In this document: positions 29,306 through 38,203 of the stretch, piece by piece
Layout of the letters: the number at the start of each line of letters is the position of its first letter
Numbering within the stretch: the stretch's first letter is position 1
Origin: an uncultured Mycoplasmatota bacterium
GTDB lineage: Bacteria; Bacillota_I; Bacilli_A; RF39; UBA660
NCBI GenBank assembly: GCA_948466395.1
Contig: CAOKAG010000005.1
Span: 1 to 54,502 of the forward strand
Direction: 5' to 3'
Length of the DNA stretch: 54,502 nt
Program-made: the position numbers and the translations under genes
The notes under the pieces: generated by a model
The model's input: only the letters and a program-made list of their open reading frames with translations
What the model was told of the DNA's origin: nothing
The model's database searches: none

Positions 29306-30442
29306 TTAATCAATTTTTAAATTTGGATATTTTGTCGTAATAAATTCCCAAATAACTTTTAATAAAGCAATACAAGGGGTAGCTAAGATCATACCTAATA
29401 TACCAAAGAAATGCTCAAAAACCAACAAGCCAATCATAATGGTAACAGGATGTAACTTCATGGTTTTACTCATAACAATAGGTTGTAAAATAAAGTTTTC
29501 AACACATTGAACAATGACGCAAATAATTAAAGTCATAACCCCAATAAAAGTACTTTGACTAAATCCAATCACAACGGCAACAGCTCCACCAATATAAGGG
29601 CCAATATAAGGAATTAAATCCGTTATACCACATAAAAGTCCAAAAAGAACAGGTGCTTGAAGACCAATCACAGCAAAACCAATAGAATCACAAATAAAGA
29701 CCATAGTTGCTACTAGCAAGGTTCCATTGACACTTTTTCTGACTTCTCCCCCAATATTATTTAATAAAACAGAGGCTTCAAATTGTCTTTTCTTAGGCAA
29801 CATATTCAAAAAATGTTTGCTGATAGCATCAAAATCAAATAACATATAAAGCCCTACAAACAACCCCAGTCCAATGGTCACTAAGCTTGAAAAAAAACTC
29901 ACCGCCATATTTAAAATGGTCGTTGGGGCACTGGTTGTAAATTCTGTTAATTTCACTTCTAATGTATTCATAATATTATTTTGAATCGTTCCAATATCAA
30001 TACCCTCAATATCAGAAAATTTCAAGAAAAAGGCATTCAAACTATTTTTTAATTCCCCAAAAATCCCTGGTAAATTTGAAATCAATTCATTCACTTGAGT
30101 ATAAATGGTCGGAACCAACACTCTTAAAAAAATAAACACAATGACCAAAAAAATCGCATAAACCAAAATAGAGCCTGCCATACGAGGAATACCTTTACTC
30201 TCTAATTTTTTAACCATAGGATTAAAAAGCCATGCAATGACAAAACCAATAAAAAGAGGTGCTAAAACTTTAAGCAAACTAAAAACAAATTGTAAAATTC
30301 CCCATTCTTTAATAAGTAATGTCGCTACAAAAACACACCCAATAATCATTGTAATATAAAGCAAATGTAAAATTTTACTCGATAAACTAACCACTTCATT
30401 TACATTCTTAATATTAATCTCTTCTTTCGTTTTTTTCTCCAT
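29306..30442 (-). CDS. AI-2E family transporter (PerM-like permease)
   Basis: 378 aa, ~8 TM, with the typical C-terminal PxxxxxxLL pattern. Confidence 0.7.
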   Translation of the reverse strand: MEKKTKEEINIKNVNEVVSLSSKILHLLYITMIIGCVFVATLLIKEWGILQFVFSLLKVLAPLFIGFVIAWLFNPMVKKLESKGIPRMAGSILVYAIFLVIVFIFLRVLVPTIYTQVNELISNLPGIFGELKNSLNAFFLKFSDIEGIDIGTIQNNIMNTLEVKLTEFTTSAPTTILNMAVSFFSSLVTIGLGLFVGLYMLFDFDAISKHFLNMLPKKRQFEASVLLNNIGGEVRKSVNGTLLVATMVFICDSIGFAVIGLQAPVLFGLLCGITDLIPYIGPYIGGAVAVVIGFSQSTFIGVMTLIICVIVQCVENFILQPIVMSKTMKLHPVTIMIGLLVFEHFFGILGMILATPCIALLKVIWEFITTKYPNLKID

Positions 30443-31845
30443 TAGATCACTTCCCCATCTAAACTAAAACTTTTTGCTTCGACAATTTTAACATCAATAA
30501 TTTTTCCAATGGATTCTTTTCCTCCATTAATATTTATTAATTTCATCGTCTCTGTATAACCATAAACCTTATTTTTATCTTTTATATTTTCATCTAAAAC
30601 CAATACTTTAACAATCTGATTTTCTAAACGTTTATTATTTTCAAGTGAATAACGATTGACGACTTCGTTTAAACGTTGCAATCTTTCTTCTTTAATATTT
30701 AAAGAAACATTATCTAAAATATGGCTCGCTGGCGTCCCTTCTCTTGGACTATATATAAACGTAAAAGCCGAATCAAATTTGCAAGTATGAACCACATCCA
30801 ACGTTTCCATAAAATCTTCCTCCGTTTCATTAGGAAAACCCACAATAATGTCCGTTGTAATGCTTACATTTGGAATCTTTTTTTTGATTTTATTAAAAAG
30901 AGTTAAATACGCCTCTTTATTGTATCTTCTTCCCATAAGCTTTAAAATACGGTCACTCCCCGATTGTAACGGCAAATGAATATAAGGCATAATATTCTCG
31001 TATTTTGCAATAACATCAATCATATCATCTGTAAAATCCCATGGGTGACTCGTCACAAAGCGAATTCTTGAAATCCCCGTCTTAGCAACACGTTCTAATA
31101 AATCTTTAAAATCGTACCCTTCTTTTAAATCTTTCCCATAAGCATTCACATTTTGTCCAAGAAGCGTTACCTCTAAATACCCTTCTTTTTTTAGACCTTC
31201 TACTTCTTCAACAATACAATCTAACGCTCGACTTCGTTGCTTACCTCTTGTATAAGGAACGATACAATACGTACAAAACTTATCGCAACCATACATTATA
31301 TTAACCCAAGCAGATATTTTTGAATCTCTACTATATTTAATATTTTCATAAACGTCGCCTTCTATACTATAGACTTCTATATTTTGTTTCTTTTCTTTAT
31401 GTTCTAAAATCATTTGAGGTAAAGCACTAATATTATGCGTTCCAAAAACAATATCCACATAAGGATGTTTTTCTTTAATTTCCGAAACCACCCCTTCTTC
31501 TTGAGCCATACATCCCCCAAGAGCAAGAATGAAATCTTTTTTTTCTCGTTTTAAATGCTTGCACCTCCCTAAATAGCCAAATACCTTATCATGAGCATTT
31601 TCACGTATAGCACAAGTATTTAAAACAACTAGATCACTAAGGTCCAATTGATTCGTTTCTGTAAATCCTAAGACTTCCAAATACTTTCTTATTTCTTCAG
31701 AATCATGCATATTCATTTGACAACCATAGGTTTTTAAAAAATATTTTTTACCTTTAAAAATCGCATCAAAATCATATTTAACCTCTTTAACATTTACAAC
31801 ATTATCGGTACGAAGTCGTGCTTTTTTTAAATCAGGATAGTTCAT
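30442..31845 (-). CDS. miaB: tRNA-2-methylthio-N6-dimethylallyladenosine synthase
   Basis: N-terminal UPF0004 Cys triad (YGCQMN, NTCAIRE, GGCMAQ), radical SAM CDKFCTYC, and a TRAM C-terminus. Confidence 0.9.
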   Translation of the reverse strand: MNYPDLKKARLRTDNVVNVKEVKYDFDAIFKGKKYFLKTYGCQMNMHDSEEIRKYLEVLGFTETNQLDLSDLVVLNTCAIRENAHDKVFGYLGRCKHLKREKKDFILALGGCMAQEEGVVSEIKEKHPYVDIVFGTHNISALPQMILEHKEKKQNIEVYSIEGDVYENIKYSRDSKISAWVNIMYGCDKFCTYCIVPYTRGKQRSRALDCIVEEVEGLKKEGYLEVTLLGQNVNAYGKDLKEGYDFKDLLERVAKTGISRIRFVTSHPWDFTDDMIDVIAKYENIMPYIHLPLQSGSDRILKLMGRRYNKEAYLTLFNKIKKKIPNVSITTDIIVGFPNETEEDFMETLDVVHTCKFDSAFTFIYSPREGTPASHILDNVSLNIKEERLQRLNEVVNRYSLENNKRLENQIVKVLVLDENIKDKNKVYGYTETMKLININGGKESIGKIIDVKIVEAKSFSLDGEVI

Positions 31846-32022
31846 AAGATTGACACCTCTCTTTTTACATTATACCATAAGCCTTTTTAAAAGTTTATCT
31901 TTTTCGAATAAGCCCTTTATTTTTCATAATTAATTTTTTCTAAATCAAATTTAAAAGACACATCTTACCTTCAATGTTAAAATAAACATTATTTTCGAGG
32001 TATTTAATGTGTCTTTTTTAAA

Positions 32023-32694
32023 CTAAATGCTTGGGCAAATACTTGCCTCTTGTAATGCTATTTGTTCTTTTAAAGTCTCAAGTTGAATCATCTGAATCGT
32101 CATCTCAATTCTGTCAATATAACGATTACGTTTTTGAATAATTTGTTGCTTTTCTTCAGCATCCAAATTTGGATCATCCATAATTTGATCATTTTTATCA
32201 AGTAAAGATACTTTTTTTACTTTCAAAGCAATTAAATTTTTTGAACTAATCAATGCTTCTATAAATTCAGCATAGTTTGGATAGCGGTTTTTATCACTCG
32301 TAAGAACTTTAATCGCTTCCACCCCTTTTTCTGAAAGACCTAAATCGCTAAGATCTTTTAGTTGAATAATCCCTTCTTCTGGTCCTTCATGAAAAAGAGC
32401 CACAATTTTTTCTTCTTCTGTTTCTAAACAATTACTTACACGAAGAGCATGACTAATCCTCTGTTTTTCCCTATCTGTTTTTTTGTCATAAATTCTTTCA
32501 TAAGCTCTAACCAAAACTAATTCCGCCCTTTCTAAAGGTGTTTTTGCCATTAACTGTAATCGTTGAAATGGTGGAAATAATTCTTTAATAATGGGTATAT
32601 CAAAATAATCCACGTTTTGTTTCTCTAAACATGGCAAACCATACTCATCGTACATTCCTTTTTTTCCTTTCATTCTTTTTAAAACCCCTTTCAA
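32023..32694 (-). CDS. HD_4 / small-alarmone-hydrolase-like protein with altered metal ligands
   Basis: HALRV..IVALFHEGPEEG..VEAIKVLT..ALKVKKVSLLDKN is colinear with RelA/SpoT-type hydrolase motifs, but HD is HE and KLAD is KKVS. Confidence 0.45.
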   Translation of the reverse strand: MKGVLKRMKGKKGMYDEYGLPCLEKQNVDYFDIPIIKELFPPFQRLQLMAKTPLERAELVLVRAYERIYDKKTDREKQRISHALRVSNCLETEEEKIVALFHEGPEEGIIQLKDLSDLGLSEKGVEAIKVLTSDKNRYPNYAEFIEALISSKNLIALKVKKVSLLDKNDQIMDDPNLDAEEKQQIIQKRNRYIDRIEMTIQMIQLETLKEQIALQEASICPSI

Positions 32695-32839
32695 AAAATA
32701 CTTTGCTAGTATAACACATTTACACTAAATTGTCAAATTTATAGATAAATCATTTTTTTAACTTACTATTATCCGACCCTGATTCTGCTATAACAATTTG
32801 ATTATAAACATTAAAAGATCAGTTATAACTTATAATTTT

Positions 32840-33025
32840 TTATTTAGGTTGTTTTACAAAAAATATACCTAATGCTGAAGTAATTATGATAATTAAGATG
32901 GGTGCAACTTTAAAGAACAACCATTCAAACGCATGCCATACTGTTCCAATAATAGACCATTCAGGGTCACGATAATCCCATGATTGATATGGTCTTCCTA
33001 ATGCAACCAATAATAAGAAAAGCAA
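32840..33025 (-). CDS. Small membrane protein (61 aa)
   Basis: Two hydrophobic segments. ORF only. Confidence 0.35.
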   Translation of the reverse strand: MLFLLLVALGRPYQSWDYRDPEWSIIGTVWHAFEWLFFKVAPILIIIITSALGIFFVKQPK

Positions 33026-33113
33026 TAGAATACAAGCATCTAGAATGATTAAAAAATGAAGGATTCTTTTATTTTAAAAGAATCATATATTATGACTCTC
33101 TTTATAGTTAAAA

Positions 33114-34400
33114 TTACTTTATTTCTATTTTTTCTTTTCCCCCCATATAAGATTGTAGAACTTTTGGAATCTTCACACTACCATCCACACATAAATTATT
33201 CTCTAAAAAAGCAATCAACATACGAGGAGGAGCGATAACGGTGTCATTTAAAGTATGTGCATACACTTTTTCGCCAGTTGTATTTTTATAACGAATACCT
33301 AATCTTCTTGCTTGAGCATCGGTTAAATTCGAACAAGAACAAACTTCAAAGTATTTTTTTTGTCTTGGACTCCACGCTTCAATATCACAAGAACGATACT
33401 TTAAATCCGCTAAATCTCCACTGCAACACACAAGTTTACGAACAGGAATATCTAAACTACGAAACATTTCCACAGAAAATTGCCACATTTTTTCATACCA
33501 TTCATCACTATCCTCAGGCTTACAAATCACAACCATTTCTTGTTTTTCAAATTGATGAATACGATAAACGCCTCTTTCTTCAATGCCATGCGCCCCCACT
33601 TCTTTACGAAAACAAGGAGAATAAGAAGTCATCGTAATTGGGAGTTCACTTTCTTTAATAATTTGATCTTTAAATTTTGCAATCATACTATGTTCACTTG
33701 TTCCAATTAAATACAAGTCTTCTCCTTCAATTTTATACATCATCGCCTCTTTTTCTTCAAAAGACATCACACCATTAACCGCTTCTCCACGAATCATATA
33801 AGGTGGAATACAATAGGTAAAACCTTTATCAATCATAAAATCTCTCGCATAAGCTAAAACCGCTGAATGAAGTCTAGCTATGTCTCCCATTAAATAGTAA
33901 AAACCATTACCACTCACACGTCCTGCAGCTTCTTTATCAAGTCCGTTAAAACGCTCCATAATCTCACTATGATAAGGGATTTCAAAATTTGGAACAACAG
34001 GTTCACCAAAACAAGCCTCTTCGACATTTTTAGTATCGTCTTCTCCAATTGGAACATCATCAGCAATAATATTGGGAATAAGCATCATCTTATTTTTTAT
34101 TTGATCTCTTAAAATTTCTTCTTTTTTTTCTAATTCATCGATTTTTTCTTTCATAGAAGAAACTTTATTTTTTAACGCTTCAGCTTCATCTTTTTTTTGT
34201 TCGCGCATTAAAATGCCTATTTGATCACTTATTTTATTTCGTTCACTTTTTAAAGCATCAGCTTCAGTTTGTAATTCACGAAGTAGAATATCATCTTCAT
34301 AAATTTCATCCACTAACGTGTTCTTATGTTCTTGAAATTTCTTTTTATTATTTTCTTTAACAAATTCTTTATTTTCTCGAATTAACTTAATATCTATCAT
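33114..34400 (-). CDS. serS: Serine--tRNA ligase
   Basis: MIDIKLIREN start (tracked start 34424 is 8 codons upstream), coiled-coil arm, class II motifs FRKEVGAHG..RIHQFEKQE. Confidence 0.9.
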   Translation of the reverse strand: MIDIKLIRENKEFVKENNKKKFQEHKNTLVDEIYEDDILLRELQTEADALKSERNKISDQIGILMREQKKDEAEALKNKVSSMKEKIDELEKKEEILRDQIKNKMMLIPNIIADDVPIGEDDTKNVEEACFGEPVVPNFEIPYHSEIMERFNGLDKEAAGRVSGNGFYYLMGDIARLHSAVLAYARDFMIDKGFTYCIPPYMIRGEAVNGVMSFEEKEAMMYKIEGEDLYLIGTSEHSMIAKFKDQIIKESELPITMTSYSPCFRKEVGAHGIEERGVYRIHQFEKQEMVVICKPEDSDEWYEKMWQFSVEMFRSLDIPVRKLVCCSGDLADLKYRSCDIEAWSPRQKKYFEVCSCSNLTDAQARRLGIRYKNTTGEKVYAHTLNDTVIAPPRMLIAFLENNLCVDGSVKIPKVLQSYMGGKEKIEIK

Positions 34401-34565
34401 AAATATAATCTCGCTTTCATACAATCTATTACAAGTATATCATATTTTTCTTTTAAAATAACAGAAAAGTGCTATAATAAAGATAGATTTTAATTCATTT
34501 TTTTATCATGACCTTTTTGGAAAAATAAAGAACTAATTAAAATAAGTCAAAGGAGGTCAAGAAAA

Positions 34566-34742
34566 ATGCAAGACAAAAAAATCAAATGCAAAGTTTGTGG
34601 AACAGATTTCGACTTTACAGCTGGACAACAAGAATTTTTTAAACTTCACAATTTAAGTGAGCCAAAAAAATGCCAAACGTGTAAAGAAAAAGAAAAACAA
34701 GAAAAATCAAACAATACTTATTCATTTAAAAAAATTGCTTAA
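34566..34742 (+). CDS. 58-aa zinc-ribbon protein (CxxC..CxxC), below the ORF-track cutoff
   Basis: AGGAGG-N9-ATG. Sequence MQDKKIKCKVCGTDFDFTAGQQEFFKLHNLSEPKKCQTCKEKEKQ.. A terminator follows. Confidence 0.6.
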   Translation: MQDKKIKCKVCGTDFDFTAGQQEFFKLHNLSEPKKCQTCKEKEKQEKSNNTYSFKKIA

Positions 34743-34758
34743 AGAGCAATTTTTTTTA
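34733..34758. terminator. Bidirectional terminator between the zinc-ribbon gene and thrS
   Basis: Stem AATTGCT/AGCAATT flanked by A and T runs. Confidence 0.6.
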
Positions 34759-34778
34759 TCATTAATTCTTTTCTATTT

Positions 34779-36542
34779 TTAAAATCTTTTTTCTTTAATT
34801 TCTTCTTTTATAAATTGTACAAATTCACTTTTAGAAACGGTAATTTGTTCTTCCGTTCCATATTTTCGATAAGTTACTAAATCACTTTCTACTTCTTTAT
34901 TTCCAATAACAAGAGTATAAGGAATCTTTTTTAAAATACTCTCTCGCATACGATAGCCAACTTTTTCTTCACGCTCATCCATCTCAACACGAATGTTTTC
35001 TTCATTTAATAAATCAAAGATAGTCTTGGCATACTCTAAATGATAAGCATTATTAACTGGTAAAATAGCTACTTGAATAGGACTTAACCATGTAGGTAAA
35101 ACTCCCTTCGTTTCTTCTATGTAGTAAGCTATAAAACGATCAATAGAACCAAACACAGCGCGATGAATTACCACTGGCGTTTTCTTTTCCCCTTCTTTAT
35201 CAACATAAGTTAAATCAAACTTAGCCGGTAAACAGAAATCAAGTTGACAGGTCGAAAGCGTATACTCATTACCAACAGCGGGACGAACTTGAACATCTAA
35301 TTTTGGGCCATAAAAAGCCGCTTCTCCAATTTTTTCAATATAAGGCATACCTATTTCATCTAAAACCTCACGTAGTTTATTTTCAGCACTGTTCCACATT
35401 TCATCATCAGGATGGTATTTTTTTGTATCTTCAGGATCTCTTAAAGAAAGTTCAAAATGATAATTTGTAATATTTAATTCTTTATATACTTCTAAAATTA
35501 AATGAACAACACGTTTAAATTCACTTCCAATTTGTTCTGGAGTAACAAACAAATGAGCATCATTTTGACAAAAACTTCTAACTCTTTCAATTCCTTTTAA
35601 AGCACCACTTGCTTCATAACGGCAATCTCTCGCAATTTCTCCAACACGAAGAGGCAAATCACGATACGAATGAATATCATTAGCATAAATCATCATGTGA
35701 TGAGGACAATTCATGGGACGAAGCACAAACTCTTCTCCATCCACTTCCATTTTAGGAAACATATTCTCTTGATAATGCTCCCAGTGCCCACTTGTTTTAT
35801 AAAGTTCGACATTCCCAAGTGGCGGGGTTAGGACATGTTTATACCCAAGCTTACGTTCTTTTCCTTTAATATAGTTTTCTAACTCTTCCCAAATAATATA
35901 ACCATTTGGTAAATACATAGGAAGCCCTTTTCCTACTAAATCATTAGTCATAAATAGCCCTAAATCTTTACCTAATTTTCGATGATCTCTAAGTTTTGCT
36001 TCCTCTAGTTCTTGTAAATAAGCATTTAACTCTTCTTCCGTTCTAAAACAAACGCCATAAATTCTTTGTAAAACTTTATTGTTGACGTCACCCTTCCAAT
36101 AAGCGCCACTAAACTTAATAAGTTTAAAATACTTACATTCTTTTACACTTTCTACATGAGGTCCACGACAAAGATCTGTAAAATCCCCTTGCGTATAAAT
36201 CGAAATCACAGTATTTGTCTCATCCATACGACTTATCAAATCCAATTTATAAGAATCATCCTTAAATTTCTCTAACGCTTCTTCTTTCGTAATTTCATTT
36301 CTTACAATTCTTTTACCATCTTTTGCAATTTTTTTCATTTCCTTAGTTATTGCTTCAATGTCTTCTTCATTAATCACTTTATCCCCTAAATCCACATCGT
36401 AATAAAAACCAGTCTCAATAACAGGCCCTACCCAAAACTTAGCTTCTGGATACAAATGCTTAATCGCTTGAGCCATCATATGGGCACAACTGTGATTTAA
36501 TTTATTTAACTCTTCATTTTCTTTAAAATTTATCATTTTCAT
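34779..36542 (-). CDS. thrS: Threonine--tRNA ligase lacking the N-terminal TGS (N1) domain
   Basis: HSCAHMM at aa 17-23 (N2 editing domain), RPMNCPHH, class II core, anticodon-binding C-terminus. 587 aa. Confidence 0.9.
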   Translation of the reverse strand: MKMINFKENEELNKLNHSCAHMMAQAIKHLYPEAKFWVGPVIETGFYYDVDLGDKVINEEDIEAITKEMKKIAKDGKRIVRNEITKEEALEKFKDDSYKLDLISRMDETNTVISIYTQGDFTDLCRGPHVESVKECKYFKLIKFSGAYWKGDVNNKVLQRIYGVCFRTEEELNAYLQELEEAKLRDHRKLGKDLGLFMTNDLVGKGLPMYLPNGYIIWEELENYIKGKERKLGYKHVLTPPLGNVELYKTSGHWEHYQENMFPKMEVDGEEFVLRPMNCPHHMMIYANDIHSYRDLPLRVGEIARDCRYEASGALKGIERVRSFCQNDAHLFVTPEQIGSEFKRVVHLILEVYKELNITNYHFELSLRDPEDTKKYHPDDEMWNSAENKLREVLDEIGMPYIEKIGEAAFYGPKLDVQVRPAVGNEYTLSTCQLDFCLPAKFDLTYVDKEGEKKTPVVIHRAVFGSIDRFIAYYIEETKGVLPTWLSPIQVAILPVNNAYHLEYAKTIFDLLNEENIRVEMDEREEKVGYRMRESILKKIPYTLVIGNKEVESDLVTYRKYGTEEQITVSKSEFVQFIKEEIKEKRF

Positions 36543-36551
36543 TCCTTCTTT

Positions 36552-37901
36552 CTATAATTTAAATCCTTCATCCTCAATAAAACCTTTTTTTTCTATATCA
36601 TAAATATGGATGAGCATAAATTCTCTATATTCTTTATAAATACTATTAAATTCTCTTTCCTGTTTTTCGCTAAAAAATGCGTTGGGTCTATAACAATCAA
36701 ATCCTACAGGATAATTATAAATATAACTTGAATCGTTTACTATATCTTTTATATTAAAATTATATAAAACAATCACCCCATTTAAAAGTAATAATCGATC
36801 GATGTGCATATGGATGCCAACATCGAAATTAAGCTCTTTACAAAGCGCATTAAATCGTTTAGAAGATTTTAAATGTTTTTTTAAATACAATGTATGTTCT
36901 GTACAAGTATTAATTAATAGCCTTTCTACCTCTCCATCAGGATAAATAAGAACAATAGCTTGATTTTTCAAATTATCATTAGTAAATAAAAATTGACTCT
37001 TTTCTAAAAATTGAACAACATCTTCATAAGAAATATCAGTTAATTGATTTGAAATAAATTGTCCAAAATTAAAATTAATTAAATTTATTCCTGATAATAT
37101 CATTTCTAATGCTTCTATTTGTTTTAAGCTTCCAAAAATGTTAGGTAAAGAAATATCAAAATCTAAAGTATTTACATCAACGTTTTTTAAAGACTCTTGT
37201 TTTAGACTACCAGCCACATTTGCTAATTCAATAATTCCATTGGCTACTAGTATTTCTTGCACTTTATAATGCTCATGATTATAAAATGTTAACATCTTAT
37301 TTCCCATAATTTCAGAGAATCGTTTAGAGTTTTTGAAATGTTTTTTTAAATATTCCATATGATATTCGTCATTTTCTAAAAAAAGTTCTTCCATCTCCCC
37401 ATCTGGGTACAAAAGAGTAATCGCCGTTTTAGCTAATATTTCTTTTTTGCTTTCTAAAATGTAGTGATTAAAATGAGCTTCATTTAAACTTCTAAATGTT
37501 TTTTCTTTATTTTGCTTATCATAAACTTTTAACCAGACATATTTAAATGAAATAGACTGAGTTATTTTTAAAAATTCACTTAATTGTTTTAAACTTTGAA
37601 ATGTTTGAGGTAAAAAATAGAGAAAATGAGCATGTTGATGATTTAAAAAAAGAGGATCATCAACAATTTCTCGCACATTCCAATTGGAAAGAACACAAGC
37701 CCCATTTTGCACTAATCTTTGATCTATCGGATATTGGCTCCCACAAGCAATCAAATCGCCACATAATGAAAAAAAACGTTTAGAATTTTTCATATGATCT
37801 TTTAAATATTCCCAGTGTTCTCTAAATTGAGTAATAGGAATATTTTCCACATAACCATCCGAATAAATAATAACCATTGCTTGATAATCTAAAGTTTCCA
37901 T
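36552..37901 (-). CDS. Protein of three ~150-aa internal repeats, first gene of the T-box(Thr) operon
   Basis: The repeats begin AMVIIYSDGYVE..HWEYLKDHMKNSKRF, AITLLYPDGEME..HMEYLKKHFKNSKRF and AIVLIYPDGEVE..HTLYLKKHLKSSKRF. ATG at 37901 after RBS GGAGGGG. Confidence 0.65.
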   Translation of the reverse strand: METLDYQAMVIIYSDGYVENIPITQFREHWEYLKDHMKNSKRFFSLCGDLIACGSQYPIDQRLVQNGACVLSNWNVREIVDDPLFLNHQHAHFLYFLPQTFQSLKQLSEFLKITQSISFKYVWLKVYDKQNKEKTFRSLNEAHFNHYILESKKEILAKTAITLLYPDGEMEELFLENDEYHMEYLKKHFKNSKRFSEIMGNKMLTFYNHEHYKVQEILVANGIIELANVAGSLKQESLKNVDVNTLDFDISLPNIFGSLKQIEALEMILSGINLINFNFGQFISNQLTDISYEDVVQFLEKSQFLFTNDNLKNQAIVLIYPDGEVERLLINTCTEHTLYLKKHLKSSKRFNALCKELNFDVGIHMHIDRLLLLNGVIVLYNFNIKDIVNDSSYIYNYPVGFDCYRPNAFFSEKQEREFNSIYKEYREFMLIHIYDIEKKGFIEDEGFKL

Positions 37902-38150
37902 AATCCCCTCCAAAAAAAACGCAAGCCTACTCACTAAGGAGCAATGACTTGCGGTACCATCCTTTATTTTACTTAATTTAAGATAACGGTTTAACCCGGG
38001 GAGTATGAATCCCTCTTTGAAAGGAGTAATGAAATTATCTTTTTATTCGTTTGCACCGACCACGAACTCTCTATTAAAAATAAATAATTCATCATGTCTT
38101 TCATTAACGATTTACATGTTTAGTCTAGCACTCTCTTGAATAACTGTCAA
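37902..38150 (-). promoter_or_regulatory. T-box riboswitch leader, candidate Thr specifier ACU (38025-38027)
   Basis: Minus strand elements: TTGACA-N17-TAGACT (38122-38150), AGAGAG, GGUCGGUGCAA, T-box GGAUGGUACCGCAAG (core 37950-37962), and terminator GCAAG../..CUUGC plus U8. Confidence 0.8.
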
Positions 38151-38203
38151 TTATAATTTTTTGAATCTCCTTTAAATATAGTAAATCGACTACATTCAAA
38201 AAA

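Noticed and set aside
11537-30906. Other short overlapping ORFs: 11537-11740, 11541-11750, 12023-12214, 14644-14829, 16265-16453, 24017-24223, 25018-25203, 25166-25363, 26002-26199, 27834-28034 and 30721-30906
   Set aside because: Each lies within or antisense to a longer ORF with recognisable family motifs. None has supporting signals.
33056-33710. Plus-strand ORFs 33056-33238, 33257-33637 and 33480-33710
   Set aside because: All are antisense to serS or its 3' end, and serS is unambiguous.
34401-34565. Possible T-box or other leader upstream of serS
   Set aside because: No GGUGGUACCGCG-like sequence, AGAGA/GGUG distal motifs or terminator could be found on the minus strand. The interval is only a divergent promoter region.
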